Shown: positions 10,083 to 19,831 of the stretch, piece by piece
Numbering within the stretch: position 1 is the stretch's first letter
Layout of the letters: the number at the start of each line of letters is the position of its first letter
Assembly: GCA_023267555.1 (NCBI GenBank)
Contig: JAHFMZ010000002.1
Location: 12,304-62,252, forward strand
Length of the DNA stretch: 49,949 nucleotides
Origin: a bacterium
Lineage (GTDB): Bacteria; Patescibacteriota; Minisyncoccia; Phycocordibacterales; UBA5272
Direction: 5' to 3'
Position numbers and translations under genes: made by a program
Notes under the pieces: generated by a model
What the model was told of the DNA's origin: nothing
Database searches by the model: none
The model's input: only the letters and a program-made list of their open reading frames with translations

Positions 10083-11021
10083 TTATAAACTATTTTTAAT
10101 ATACGAATGAATATATTGTCCAACATCAACTCCTGTAGTTTGAAGTGACTGCATAAAGCGTCCATCAGAACGTAAAGATGGTGCTGTATCTATATTTACC
10201 ACAGCATAATTATCATTATAAGGAATTACATCAATACATACTGGACCAGATAAATCTAAAGCTTCATAAACTTTTTTAATAAAATCTTTCATTTGCTCCT
10301 TTTTATATTCTCCCGCGTGAGTATAAGCACGAATTAAAGATGAGTCATTTGGTATCTCTTTATTACCTGCAAATGTCTCTACCCAAAGTGGTGTATATAA
10401 ATGTTCACCACGAAAATTTGGAATCACAGCGACAGAAGAAGTAGGAACTTTACGGTAAGTAAGTATATGAGTATCTACTCCTTTACTATGATAATCCCCC
10501 ACAGCATTTTCTAAATCATTAAAAGATCGAATTAATTTTGATGGTGAATTATCTTTACGAATAAGTGGGCGCAACATAAGCGGTGTATGATATTTACTCC
10601 AAATAGATTGCAGTTGTTTTATTTGTAATGGGGCTTTTGCTCGAATGACAGCTGTCTCTGGAACTTTGAATCCTTGTTGACGTAAAATACGATACATATC
10701 TTCTCTATCCATACACACTCTGTCTGCGTGTGAAAAAAGTAATGGTATACCCATACGACGAGCCAAAGCTTGATACTCTTCCCCCATCATATGTGTAGTG
10801 TCTACCACTGTGTGAGCGATAGTGAAAATATAATGTGCATCAGTTGGTTGCCCGTGTAATGTCCAATTACCATCTGTATCAATAAGTACATCTAATGGCT
10901 TGTAATCAATTTTTGTGAGCGACTGTAATATTTCTGCTCCTTCTTTTAAAGATACTTTAAAATCCTTCTTTCCACCACGAAGCACAGCAATATCTGGAAG
11001 ACTATTAGATACTTTTAACAT
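10083..11021 (-). CDS. D-alanine--D-alanine ligase-like ATP-grasp protein (divergent)
   Basis: 312 aa. Ddl-like N-terminus (IAVLRGGKKDFKVSLKEG) and C-terminus (VCIDVIPYNDNYAVVNIDTAPSL). The central KP..GSS.G-type segment is replaced by RPLIRKDNSPSK. Confidence 0.55.
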   Translation of the reverse strand: MLKVSNSLPDIAVLRGGKKDFKVSLKEGAEILQSLTKIDYKPLDVLIDTDGNWTLHGQPTDAHYIFTIAHTVVDTTHMMGEEYQALARRMGIPLLFSHADRVCMDREDMYRILRQQGFKVPETAVIRAKAPLQIKQLQSIWSKYHTPLMLRPLIRKDNSPSKLIRSFNDLENAVGDYHSKGVDTHILTYRKVPTSSVAVIPNFRGEHLYTPLWVETFAGNKEIPNDSSLIRAYTHAGEYKKEQMKDFIKKVYEALDLSGPVCIDVIPYNDNYAVVNIDTAPSLRSDGRFMQSLQTTGVDVGQYIHSYIKNSL

Positions 11022-11072
11022 AAATACAGTATATCAAAAATAGATTATAAAAATACACGTATAATAATATAC

Positions 11073-12287
11073 CTAAACGAATTTTCCTCGTAGAGTCTTG
11101 TGATAAGTAATAGCAAATCTATGAGCCTCATTATTTGCCAAAAGTATCTCCTTTTTATAGTTTTCTGTATAAGCTTTATCCCCAAGTATTTCTTTTGGTT
11201 TATGACGTTCATCTTTCACTACCGAGACACAAGGAATAAGTAGCCCCAAATGTGCCAAAACTTGCTCGCCCACCCTTTTATGGGCTATACCACCGTCTAA
11301 TACAATTAAATCTGGATATCGCCATTCTTTGTGGGAAAAACGACGCAAGAGGACTTGTCGTAACCCTTCATAATCATCATTAATCTTTTCTTCCAATTTA
11401 AATTTACGATATTCATTTTTTGCTTTCTCTTTTCCTTCTACAACCACCATCACTCCCACTCTTGAGGTACCAGAAATATGAGCCACATCAAAAGCCTCAA
11501 CACGAAAGTCAACATTTTTAAATGATGTTATTTCATCTTCTTTAATCAAACTAATATCTTTTATATGATCCAAAGCAAAAAGTATATTACGCACATTAGC
11601 TGCTTTTTCAAATAAATGTTTTTTAGCATATTCTTTCATATCTTTTTCTAAAGACTTTTTTATGTCATTTTTTTTACCATCAAATAATTTACGAATATTT
11701 CTAATATGTTTTTTATATTCTGTTTCAGTGATATTCCCAACACAAACTCCAGGGCAAAGATGTATCTGGGCATTAAAACATAACTTCCCCTGATTAACTT
11801 CACAGGTATCACGATACGGAAATAATTTACGAATGATTTTCATCGCGATACGAAGTTGTGACAACGAAGCAAATGGACCATAAACTACTTGATAATCTTT
11901 TTTAGAAAACTTCTTCTCAAAATCTCGGATACGCATCGTAAGCACTCTCGCAAATTTTTCTTTAGTAATCACTACACAAGTAAAACTTTTATTATCTTTC
12001 TCCTTTGCGTTATACATCGGAGAATATTTTTTTATAAGTTTGCTTTCTAATAGCAAAGCTTCAAGCACGCTATCTGTTTCTTGATAAGTAACAGTGTTCG
12101 CAACTGTAACCATAGTCACTAAACGAAGTCCCCTAGTTTGCATCAAGTCTGGATTAAAATAACTACGCACTCTATCTTTAAGTGATGTTGCTTTTCCAAT
12201 ATATAAAATAGCCCCTTCTTTGTCTCGAAAAAAATATACCCCTGGATTATCAGGGATCTTGAGTGTGGATAGCTCTTGCCTTTTCAT
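11073..12287 (-). CDS. uvrC: Excinuclease ABC subunit C, lacking the C-terminal (HhH)2 domain
   Basis: GIY-YIG motif (PGVYFFRDKEGAILYIGKA), Cys motif (CFNAQIHLCPGVCVG), UVR domain and RNase H-like endonuclease domain (EAFDVAHISG..DDY..PDLIVLDGG). Start moved to ATG 12287, with TATAAT 7 nt upstream, instead of GTG 12323. Confidence 0.9.
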   Translation of the reverse strand: MKRQELSTLKIPDNPGVYFFRDKEGAILYIGKATSLKDRVRSYFNPDLMQTRGLRLVTMVTVANTVTYQETDSVLEALLLESKLIKKYSPMYNAKEKDNKSFTCVVITKEKFARVLTMRIRDFEKKFSKKDYQVVYGPFASLSQLRIAMKIIRKLFPYRDTCEVNQGKLCFNAQIHLCPGVCVGNITETEYKKHIRNIRKLFDGKKNDIKKSLEKDMKEYAKKHLFEKAANVRNILFALDHIKDISLIKEDEITSFKNVDFRVEAFDVAHISGTSRVGVMVVVEGKEKAKNEYRKFKLEEKINDDYEGLRQVLLRRFSHKEWRYPDLIVLDGGIAHKRVGEQVLAHLGLLIPCVSVVKDERHKPKEILGDKAYTENYKKEILLANNEAHRFAITYHKTLRGKFV

Positions 12288-12379
12288 AGATTGTATTATA
12301 TAATAAAGTTTCCTCTTTGCCACGCATTGCTAAAAAAACGAGGGTAAAGATGGATATTGCACTTTAAGATTAAGGGAAA

Positions 12380-12675
12380 GCAAATGCAAAAGAAGAGCAT
12401 CGAGAAGTTCCTGACAACATCACGGTCACACCTCCTAGGAGGACAAAAAAATGCCGTGTGAGAAGCAATGTTGTATGTGTGAGTTTGACACTCCAATGGA
12501 ACCTGTCACGAGGACCTTGCCTAACGGCAAAGAAATCGTTTCTACGGTCCCTGGGTGTCACCCTCGCGTCGACTTCAAGCCATTCACAGAAGTGGCTACC
12601 TACCAAACATCCCAACAGCAGTCAATACAACTATAAGACCTAAGAAGGCGCCGATCCACAAGATCGGCTTTTCAT
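12380..12675 (+). other. GC-rich island: candidate structured RNA or 61-aa Cys-containing small protein (12451..12636)
   Basis: About 50% G+C by hand count over 12421..12660. ORFs of at least 60 aa on both strands. Nested helices are present. AGGAGG lies 8 nt before ATG 12451. A plus-strand terminator sits at 12650..12672. Confidence 0.35.
12650..12672 (+). terminator. Intrinsic terminator
   Basis: GCCGATC-CACAA-GATCGGC followed by TTTT on the plus strand. Confidence 0.6.
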
Positions 12676-12686
12676 TTGCAAAAATA

Positions 12687-15299
12687 TTATTTTTTGCGTT
12701 TAAGAACTTTTTTAAGATACTGGCCTGTATAAGATTTTACATTTGAAGCTACCTGTTCCGGTGTTCCTGTTGCTACAATTTTCCCACCACCGACACCACC
12801 TTCTGGACCAATATCAATAATATGATCAGCAGATTTTACAATATCCAAATTGTGTTCAATTAAAACAACGGTGTTTCCTTTCTCAACTAACTTGTCTAAT
12901 ATCTCAATTAATTTTGCAATATCTTCATAATGAAGTCCTATAGATGGTTCATCCAAAAGATATATTGTTTTCTCAACGTGAGGACGATACAACTCCGATG
13001 AAATTTTTACTCTTTGAGCCTCTCCGCCAGATAAAGTTGTGGCCGATTGTCCAAGTGTTAAATATGACAAACCTACATCAGATAGAGTTTTGACTCTATC
13101 GTATACAGCTGGAATATCTGCAAAAAATATCAAAGCTTCTTCCACTGTCATATGAAGCACATCATAAATATTTTTTCCTTTCCATTTTACTTCTAAAGTT
13201 TCCTTCATAAAACGTTTACCCAAACAAACATCACACTCTACATATACCGTAGGCAAAAAATGCATCTCCACCGCTATTTCACCGTTTCCCTGGCAAACTT
13301 CACAACGACCACCTTTCACATTAAAAGAAAAACGAGATGCTTTCCAACCACGTATACGCGCTTCTTCTGTTTCTGCAAACAAATCTCTGATATATGTCCA
13401 ACATCCGGTATAAGTCGCGGGATTACTTCGTGGTGTGCGACCAATAGCTCCTTGGTCAATAAGGACCACTCGAGAGACATATTCTGTACCTGCGAATGAT
13501 TCGCAATTATAAATTTTGGCTGTACGATGTCTACGCTCAAGTCTAGCAAGTAAATTGCGATAAAGAATCTCATACATAAGAGAACTTTTACCCGAACCAG
13601 AAACACCTGTGATAGCTGTCAATTTACCAAGTGGAACATTCACATTCATATTTTTAATATTGAAAATATTCCCACCAGTAATTCGCAAAGTTCCTTTATC
13701 TTGTTGTCTGCGAGCTGGAACCGGTATTTCTTTTTCACCCCGAAGATATGCAAGAGTGACACTTCCTGATTTATTTCTTGGTGCCATTAACAATTCATCA
13801 AGATAACCGGATACTACCACCTCCCCACCGTGTACTCCGGCAAGTGGCCCAATGTCTACAATATAATCTGATGCAAAAATAGTATCTTCATCGTGTTCAA
13901 CAATAATAATTGTGTTTCCTATATCACGCAGATGAAGAAGTGTTTGTATAAGTCTCTCATTATCTTTTTGATGAAGACCAATAGTTGGCTCATCAAGCAC
14001 ATAAAGAGCCCCGACAAGTTTAGAACCAAGTTGAGAAGCAAGTCTGATGCGTTGAGCTTCACCACCAGAGAGAGTGTCGGCTTTTCTACTTAAAGATAAA
14101 TAATCAAGTCCAACATTTAACATAAACTGTAAACGTGATTGTATTTCTTTTATCACCACCTGAGCAATCTCTTGTTCTTTTTTATTTAAAGGAAGTTTTG
14201 CAAAATAATCTTCTGCATCTTTAATTGATAATGCTGTTATATCAACAATATTTATTTTTTCTTTATCATCAAGATACACATTTAATGCTTCTTTACGAAG
14301 ACGTTTACCATCACAAACGTCACAAACATCTAATCCACCAAAATATTTGGTACCCAAACCATTACAGGCCGAACAAGCTCCATACGGTGAATTAAAAGAA
14401 AAAAGACGAGGCTCAATTTCTGGGAATGAAAAACCACAAGTTGCGCAAGAAAACTTATTGCTCATAATAGTTTTTTCACCAAGTATTTCCACTTCAAGCA
14501 ATCCATTCGATTCGTGTAGCGCTCGTTCGATTGATTCAGACAAACGAATCATCGCATCTTTTTCTGTTGTCTTATTACGAAAATCGTCCAGTGCTATAGA
14601 ATCAACTACAATAGAAATTTCGTGTTTTTTTGTTTTAGAAAGTAATATTTGTTCACGCAAACTTTTACGCTCACCATTGATAACAGCTTCGGTATAACCT
14701 TTACCCAACATATCATAGAGCATTTGATAATGCTCTCCTTTTCGTCCACGAACAATTGGTGAAAGAATATGAATTTCGGCGTGAGAAAATTTTACCCCCA
14801 TAAGTTCTGTCTTAACTTTTTTGTAATCAACAGCTTTTACTCTATCCAAAATAAAATGCATAATTTCTTCATTTGAAAGTTTTTGAATTTTAGCTCCACA
14901 TTCTATACAGTATGGTTTTCCAACACGTGCATAAAGCACACGCAGATAATCATAGATTTCAGTTATAGTTGCGACTGTTGAGCGTGGGTTACGCCCTGCT
15001 GATTTTTGATCAATTGATATTGCAGGAGAGAGACCGACAATTTCATCAACATCTGGTTTTTGTAATTGTGTTAAAAATTGACGAGCATAGGCAGACAAAG
15101 ATTCAACATATCTACGCTGTCCTTCAGCAAAAATGGTATCAAAAGCAAGAGAAGATTTACCACTACCAGATAAACCCGTAAAGACAATCATTTTATGTCT
15201 AGGCATCTCAACGGTGATATTTTTGAGATTATGCGTACGAGCACCACGAACAATGATACTTTCTAAGTGTTTATTATTTTCTTGTTTTTTGGAAGTCAT
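12687..15299 (-). CDS. uvrA: Excinuclease ABC subunit A
   Basis: 870 aa. Two ABC ATPase modules (GLSGSGKSSLAFDT, GVSGSGKSSL, LSGGEAQR twice) and zinc-finger Cys clusters. Confidence 0.95.
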   Translation of the reverse strand: MTSKKQENNKHLESIIVRGARTHNLKNITVEMPRHKMIVFTGLSGSGKSSLAFDTIFAEGQRRYVESLSAYARQFLTQLQKPDVDEIVGLSPAISIDQKSAGRNPRSTVATITEIYDYLRVLYARVGKPYCIECGAKIQKLSNEEIMHFILDRVKAVDYKKVKTELMGVKFSHAEIHILSPIVRGRKGEHYQMLYDMLGKGYTEAVINGERKSLREQILLSKTKKHEISIVVDSIALDDFRNKTTEKDAMIRLSESIERALHESNGLLEVEILGEKTIMSNKFSCATCGFSFPEIEPRLFSFNSPYGACSACNGLGTKYFGGLDVCDVCDGKRLRKEALNVYLDDKEKINIVDITALSIKDAEDYFAKLPLNKKEQEIAQVVIKEIQSRLQFMLNVGLDYLSLSRKADTLSGGEAQRIRLASQLGSKLVGALYVLDEPTIGLHQKDNERLIQTLLHLRDIGNTIIIVEHDEDTIFASDYIVDIGPLAGVHGGEVVVSGYLDELLMAPRNKSGSVTLAYLRGEKEIPVPARRQQDKGTLRITGGNIFNIKNMNVNVPLGKLTAITGVSGSGKSSLMYEILYRNLLARLERRHRTAKIYNCESFAGTEYVSRVVLIDQGAIGRTPRSNPATYTGCWTYIRDLFAETEEARIRGWKASRFSFNVKGGRCEVCQGNGEIAVEMHFLPTVYVECDVCLGKRFMKETLEVKWKGKNIYDVLHMTVEEALIFFADIPAVYDRVKTLSDVGLSYLTLGQSATTLSGGEAQRVKISSELYRPHVEKTIYLLDEPSIGLHYEDIAKLIEILDKLVEKGNTVVLIEHNLDIVKSADHIIDIGPEGGVGGGKIVATGTPEQVASNVKSYTGQYLKKVLKRKK

Positions 15300-15346
15300 A
15301 ATAGAAAAAAGTAGCTTAACTGGGGAATTATAGCATTTTCCTTACC

Positions 15347-15372
15347 AAAAAGCGACCCACTGGGTCGCTTTT
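15347..15372. terminator. Bidirectional hairpin terminator
   Basis: AAAAA-GCGACCC-ACT-GGGTCGC-TTTT. Confidence 0.6.
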
Positions 15373-15396
15373 ATATTAATACTTCTCAATCATTAA

Positions 15397-15948
15397 CTAT
15401 TGGCCAATAGCTTCTTTTTGACTTGTTTTTACACTCTCTAATGTCTTCTCCACAAGATCGTGTTTAGTCTTTTTATTTTCAACAACGACAAGCCACGAAC
15501 CTATTGAAGCAACGTGCCATTCACTACCTTCCGATTCTGCAACTTGCCAATCATAAGCACCGATTGTTGAAATAACTGTTGGATTTATAACGGAAACGTG
15601 AGGAGCTATAACTTCATTAATATAATCAAGTGGAGTAAATCCTCTTCCTCCTTCGTAACTCATATATACAGTCGCATATGGAATTTCATTATCTACAATT
15701 TTTACAAGTGCATTATCCATATCAAGTGTCGTTGTAGCAGTTTCTGGAATATCAAAACTGTATGAAAGTGTATTGTCTCCTTCATAAACACGCGTGACAC
15801 TTCCAGAAAAAGATTTCATAGATGTCCCGCTCTGGGCTTCCACTTGCTTTTCAGGCTGAACAGAATATCTTTTAATAACTTTATAACCACCGAATAAAAT
15901 AACTACAACAATAATGACTCCAAGGATGATGGCTATATTTTTTTTCAT
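15397..15948 (-). CDS. Membrane-anchored hypothetical protein
   Basis: 183 aa. N-terminal TM anchor (IAIILGVIIVVVILFGG) followed by a soluble domain. I recognise no motif. Confidence 0.55.
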   Translation of the reverse strand: MKKNIAIILGVIIVVVILFGGYKVIKRYSVQPEKQVEAQSGTSMKSFSGSVTRVYEGDNTLSYSFDIPETATTTLDMDNALVKIVDNEIPYATVYMSYEGGRGFTPLDYINEVIAPHVSVINPTVISTIGAYDWQVAESEGSEWHVASIGSWLVVVENKKTKHDLVEKTLESVKTSQKEAIGQ

Positions 15949-16012
15949 ATGCCCTTAGTATACGCCTCTAAATAAAAGCTTGCAAAATACCATTTCAACC
16001 ATATTTAAAAGG

Positions 16013-18055
16013 CTATTTTTCGTCTTTTGTAACAATTTTTCCCTTCAAAACTACTATTTCATCACGTAAAATAGCCGCCGTTTCAAAATCCAATGCCTTA
16101 ACAGCTTCTTTCATTTGCTTTTCTTTCAAAGCAATTAATTTGTTTGGATTCTTGGCAAATAATTTTTTATCTAAAGATAATTCTTCATTCACAGCTTTCG
16201 CGTGATCACTTTGTATTTCTTCAGTTATGTCTTTTATATTCTTTTCAATTGTCGTCGGAGTGATATTATGTTTTTTGTTATACGCTTCTTGAATAGTACG
16301 ACGACGATTTGTTTCTGCGATAGCTCTCTCCATTCCACCAGTCATCACGTCTGCATACAAGATAACTCGTCCATTTGAATTACGTGCCGCACGACCAATA
16401 GTTTGAATAAGTGATGTCTCACTACGAAGAAAACCCTCTTTATCAGCATCCATAATACCAATGAGTGTAACTTCTGGAAGATCCAATCCTTCGCGCAGCA
16501 AATTCACTCCAACCAAACAATCAAATTCCCCACGACGAAACTTCGTAAGTATTTGTATACGTTCCATTGTCTTTATATCGCTGTGTACATATTCGGCTCT
16601 CACTCCTTGTTCTTTCAAATATTCTGAAAGACTTTCTGCCATCTTTTTTGTAAGCGTAGTGACTAATACCCTACCTCCTTTTTTAACATCCTTAATAACT
16701 TCTAAAATAAAATCGTGTACCTGACCTTTATATTTTCCCGAAGCTCCAATTTTTCTAACTTCCAAAACTGGATCTAACAATCCTGTTGGGCGAATAATTT
16801 GTTCAACAATTTGTTCTGATTCTATGCGTTCAAAATTTCCAGGTGTAGCACTTACATAAATAACTTCATTTATACGAGCTTCAAATTCTTCATAGCGTAA
16901 AGGACGATTATCTTTTGCAGAAGGTAAACGAAAACCATATTCAACAAGAGTGTTTTTGCGTGATTGATCTCCAGCATACATACCGTGTAATTGTGGAAGT
17001 GTTACGTGTGATTCATCAATAATAGTCAAGAACTCTGGCTCTCCATTTTTATTATGTGGAAAATATTCAAGCAAAGTGTCCGGTGCCACTCCAGCTTTTT
17101 TACCAGATAAATGACGAGAGTAATTTTCTATACCCTGACAAAAACCAACTTCCTTTATCATCGCTACATCATAACGGGTACGACGCTTCAATCTCTCCGC
17201 TTCTAACAATTTCCCCTCTTTATCAAATTCTGCAAGTCTTTCTTTTAATTCAGCTTCAATAGTTTTTACTGCGCGCGTTCGTGTTGGCACATCAGAAATA
17301 AAATGTTTTGCTGGAAAAATAAAATATTCATCAACAACTTTTAAAAGTTTCATAGAAACTGGATCAACAATTTGCATATGAGAAATCTTACCACCAGTAA
17401 TTTCAATTTGGAGCATTACTGTTTCCGATATTGGCATAATATCAATACGATTACCTAGAGCACGAAACATTCCTGGTGAAAGATCGGCATTAGTACGCTC
17501 ATATTGTATACCGACAAATCTTTGCATAAGTCCAACTTTTGAAAAAGTATCCCCTACTGTAAGTTTTATATTTTCTCTCTCATAATCTTTTGGCGAACCA
17601 AGACCATAAATACACGACACTGACGCAACAATAATTGTATCCTTACGACTAAGTAGTGCCTGAGTAGAGGCGTGACGAAGTCTATCAATTTCCTCGTTTA
17701 TTTGTGCATCTTTTTCTATATAAGTATCAGTGACCGGCATATAAGCTTCTGGCTGATAATAATCATAATATGATACGAAATAATGTACTGCGGCATCGGG
17801 AAAAAATGTACGAAATTCTTGTGCGAGTTGGGCTGCAAGAGTTTTGTTATGGGCAATTACAAGTGTTGGTAATTGTACTTGTTGTATAACATTTGCAATA
17901 GTAAAAGTTTTACCAGTCCCTGTTGCGCCAAGCAAAGTCTGTTTCTTCATATTTTTTTTAAGACCAGAAACCAACTCCGAAATTGCCTTAGGCTGATCAC
18001 CTGCTGGAGTAAAACCTTTCAATATAAATTTCCCTTCGTTTCTTTTGCTTGACAT
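16013..18055 (-). CDS. uvrB: Excinuclease ABC subunit B
   Basis: 680 aa. Helicase motifs (GATGTGKTF, DESH), C-terminal UVR domain (FETAAILRDEI). Confidence 0.95.
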   Translation of the reverse strand: MSSKRNEGKFILKGFTPAGDQPKAISELVSGLKKNMKKQTLLGATGTGKTFTIANVIQQVQLPTLVIAHNKTLAAQLAQEFRTFFPDAAVHYFVSYYDYYQPEAYMPVTDTYIEKDAQINEEIDRLRHASTQALLSRKDTIIVASVSCIYGLGSPKDYERENIKLTVGDTFSKVGLMQRFVGIQYERTNADLSPGMFRALGNRIDIMPISETVMLQIEITGGKISHMQIVDPVSMKLLKVVDEYFIFPAKHFISDVPTRTRAVKTIEAELKERLAEFDKEGKLLEAERLKRRTRYDVAMIKEVGFCQGIENYSRHLSGKKAGVAPDTLLEYFPHNKNGEPEFLTIIDESHVTLPQLHGMYAGDQSRKNTLVEYGFRLPSAKDNRPLRYEEFEARINEVIYVSATPGNFERIESEQIVEQIIRPTGLLDPVLEVRKIGASGKYKGQVHDFILEVIKDVKKGGRVLVTTLTKKMAESLSEYLKEQGVRAEYVHSDIKTMERIQILTKFRRGEFDCLVGVNLLREGLDLPEVTLIGIMDADKEGFLRSETSLIQTIGRAARNSNGRVILYADVMTGGMERAIAETNRRRTIQEAYNKKHNITPTTIEKNIKDITEEIQSDHAKAVNEELSLDKKLFAKNPNKLIALKEKQMKEAVKALDFETAAILRDEIVVLKGKIVTKDEK

Positions 18056-18082
18056 AAATGACCTTTAATTATAGCATAAAAA

Positions 18083-18424
18083 ATGAAATCGTTCTGTAAC
18101 AAACCCAAAAACCAAAACCGGGAGAAAACTATGTTCGAGGGAAGAATGTTTTGGAAAAATCCGGAAGAGCCCTATTCAACAGAAGATGGCGAGAGTGGTT
18201 GGGGAGAATCAACGTCAAATCACACTCCACCAATGGATGCAAGAAAAAAAATCATAATATTCCTTGTCACCATTTTCGTTGCTGTAGTAGTACTATGTTT
18301 TTTCTCCTCCTGGGTGAGAGAGCATCTGGTGCCCATCTTGCTGTATTCAATCTCGATAATGCTGATAGGTACCGGCATAACCCATCAAGAATACACTACC
18401 CAAAATACAAAGAAAGACTACTAA
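18083..18424 (+). CDS. Small membrane protein, hypothetical
   Basis: 113 aa with two hydrophobic helices. TATAGC lies 7 nt before the ATG, and a strong hairpin follows at 18435..18476. Confidence 0.4.
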   Translation: MKSFCNKPKNQNREKTMFEGRMFWKNPEEPYSTEDGESGWGESTSNHTPPMDARKKIIIFLVTIFVAVVVLCFFSSWVREHLVPILLYSISIMLIGTGITHQEYTTQNTKKDY

Positions 18425-18434
18425 GAAGACAACG

Positions 18435-18485
18435 GCGAGTACAGAGTGCGTAAAATATCACGCATTCTGTACTCGCTTGTTTTTT
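18435..18485. terminator. Long hairpin terminator between convergent genes
   Basis: GCGAGTACAGA...TCTGTACTCGC with an inner TGCGT/ACGCA stem, followed by TTGTTTTTT. Confidence 0.7.
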
Positions 18486-19725
18486 ATTTATAATATCTTT
18501 TTATAAAATTATTTTTAAACTCTATAAATGTTCCGCTGAGAATATGTTTTCTGGCATCTTCACATAATATTGTTAAAAATTTCAAATTATGAATCGAAGC
18601 AAGAGTTGCAGCCAACATTTCGTCTGATTTAAAAAGATGAGCCAAATACGCTTTTGTATATTTATGTGTATACCAACTTTCATCTTCACTCACTGGTGAC
18701 ATATCATTTTTATATTTAGCATTATGTAAATTTATTCTTCCATCTTGTGTATATAAAGCACCGTTACGTGCAATACGTGTTGGTGATACACAATCAAATG
18801 TATCTATTCCATTTTCTATTGCGAGTAAAATATCTACCGGTTCTCCGATACCAAGCAAATGACGTGGTTTATTTTCAGGTAATTCTTCACAAACCCATTT
18901 CACTGCTGTGCCAATATCTTCTTTTGTAAAACTGCCACCAATTCCATAACCATCAAAACCTAATTGCCCAAGTGTGCGAGCTGATTCTCTTCGTAAATCT
19001 TCATAAGCACCACCCTGCACCACGCCAAATAAAGCCTGAGGCATTCCAGTCGCAGAAGATATTCCTAATCTTTTATGTTCATTCAAACTTCTTTTTGCCC
19101 ATTCATAGGTACGGGCAATAGCTTCTAATTGATATTCCCTTGGAGCAAGTGGTGAAGTACATTCATCAAAAGCAAAAAAAATATCTGCACCAAGATTATG
19201 TTGTATTTGCATACTACGCTCTGGAGTAAATCTATGTTCAGTACCGTCGTGTATAGATTTAAATGTCACTCCTTCATCATCAATAATTGCCAGTCTTTCG
19301 TGATTATTATTTTCTTCACGATTAATTTCTTTTGCTTCTCGCTTTGATATTTCTTCACTGGTTGCAATTTTGCTAACTCCGTGGCCGATAGCTTGACCTA
19401 AAGAAAAAACTTGGAAACCCCCTGAATCAGTAAATGTTGGTAACTGTTGTCCATCTTTTTGCCAATTCATCATCTTGGCAAATCCACCGTGATTTTTAAT
19501 AAACTCGTCCCCTGGCTGTAAATACAAATGATAAGTATTCGCAAGTACTGCTTGAGCTCCAACATAATCTCTTATTTGTTCCGGTGAAAGAGATTTGACT
19601 GTGGCTTTTGTACCAACAGTAATAAAAGCTGGGGTTTGTATATCACCGTGTGGTGTATGAATCACCCCCGCTCTCGCAAGATTAACTTCTTCACTTTTCT
19701 TTACAATGGAAAATGAAAATGACAT
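18484..19725 (-). CDS. tgt: tRNA-guanine transglycosylase
   Basis: 413 aa. Motifs TPAFITVGTKATVK, DSGGFQVFSL and FDEC, plus a C-terminal zinc-site region. Confidence 0.9.
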   Translation of the reverse strand: MSFSFSIVKKSEEVNLARAGVIHTPHGDIQTPAFITVGTKATVKSLSPEQIRDYVGAQAVLANTYHLYLQPGDEFIKNHGGFAKMMNWQKDGQQLPTFTDSGGFQVFSLGQAIGHGVSKIATSEEISKREAKEINREENNNHERLAIIDDEGVTFKSIHDGTEHRFTPERSMQIQHNLGADIFFAFDECTSPLAPREYQLEAIARTYEWAKRSLNEHKRLGISSATGMPQALFGVVQGGAYEDLRRESARTLGQLGFDGYGIGGSFTKEDIGTAVKWVCEELPENKPRHLLGIGEPVDILLAIENGIDTFDCVSPTRIARNGALYTQDGRINLHNAKYKNDMSPVSEDESWYTHKYTKAYLAHLFKSDEMLAATLASIHNLKFLTILCEDARKHILSGTFIEFKNNFIKRYYK

Positions 19726-19831
19726 AACAATTTTTACACTATAACACAGAAAAACAAAAATTGACTACAAAGTGTTTAGATTGTAGAGTGATTACAGTCG
19801 TTCCAGGAAATTCAACCAATAGGAGCTCATT

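Noticed and set aside
18151-18453. 100-aa ORF in an alternative frame of the 18083..18424 gene.
   Set aside because: It has no start context. Its translation is basic and low-complexity. The 18083 frame has a -10 box 7 nt upstream and two clear hydrophobic helices.
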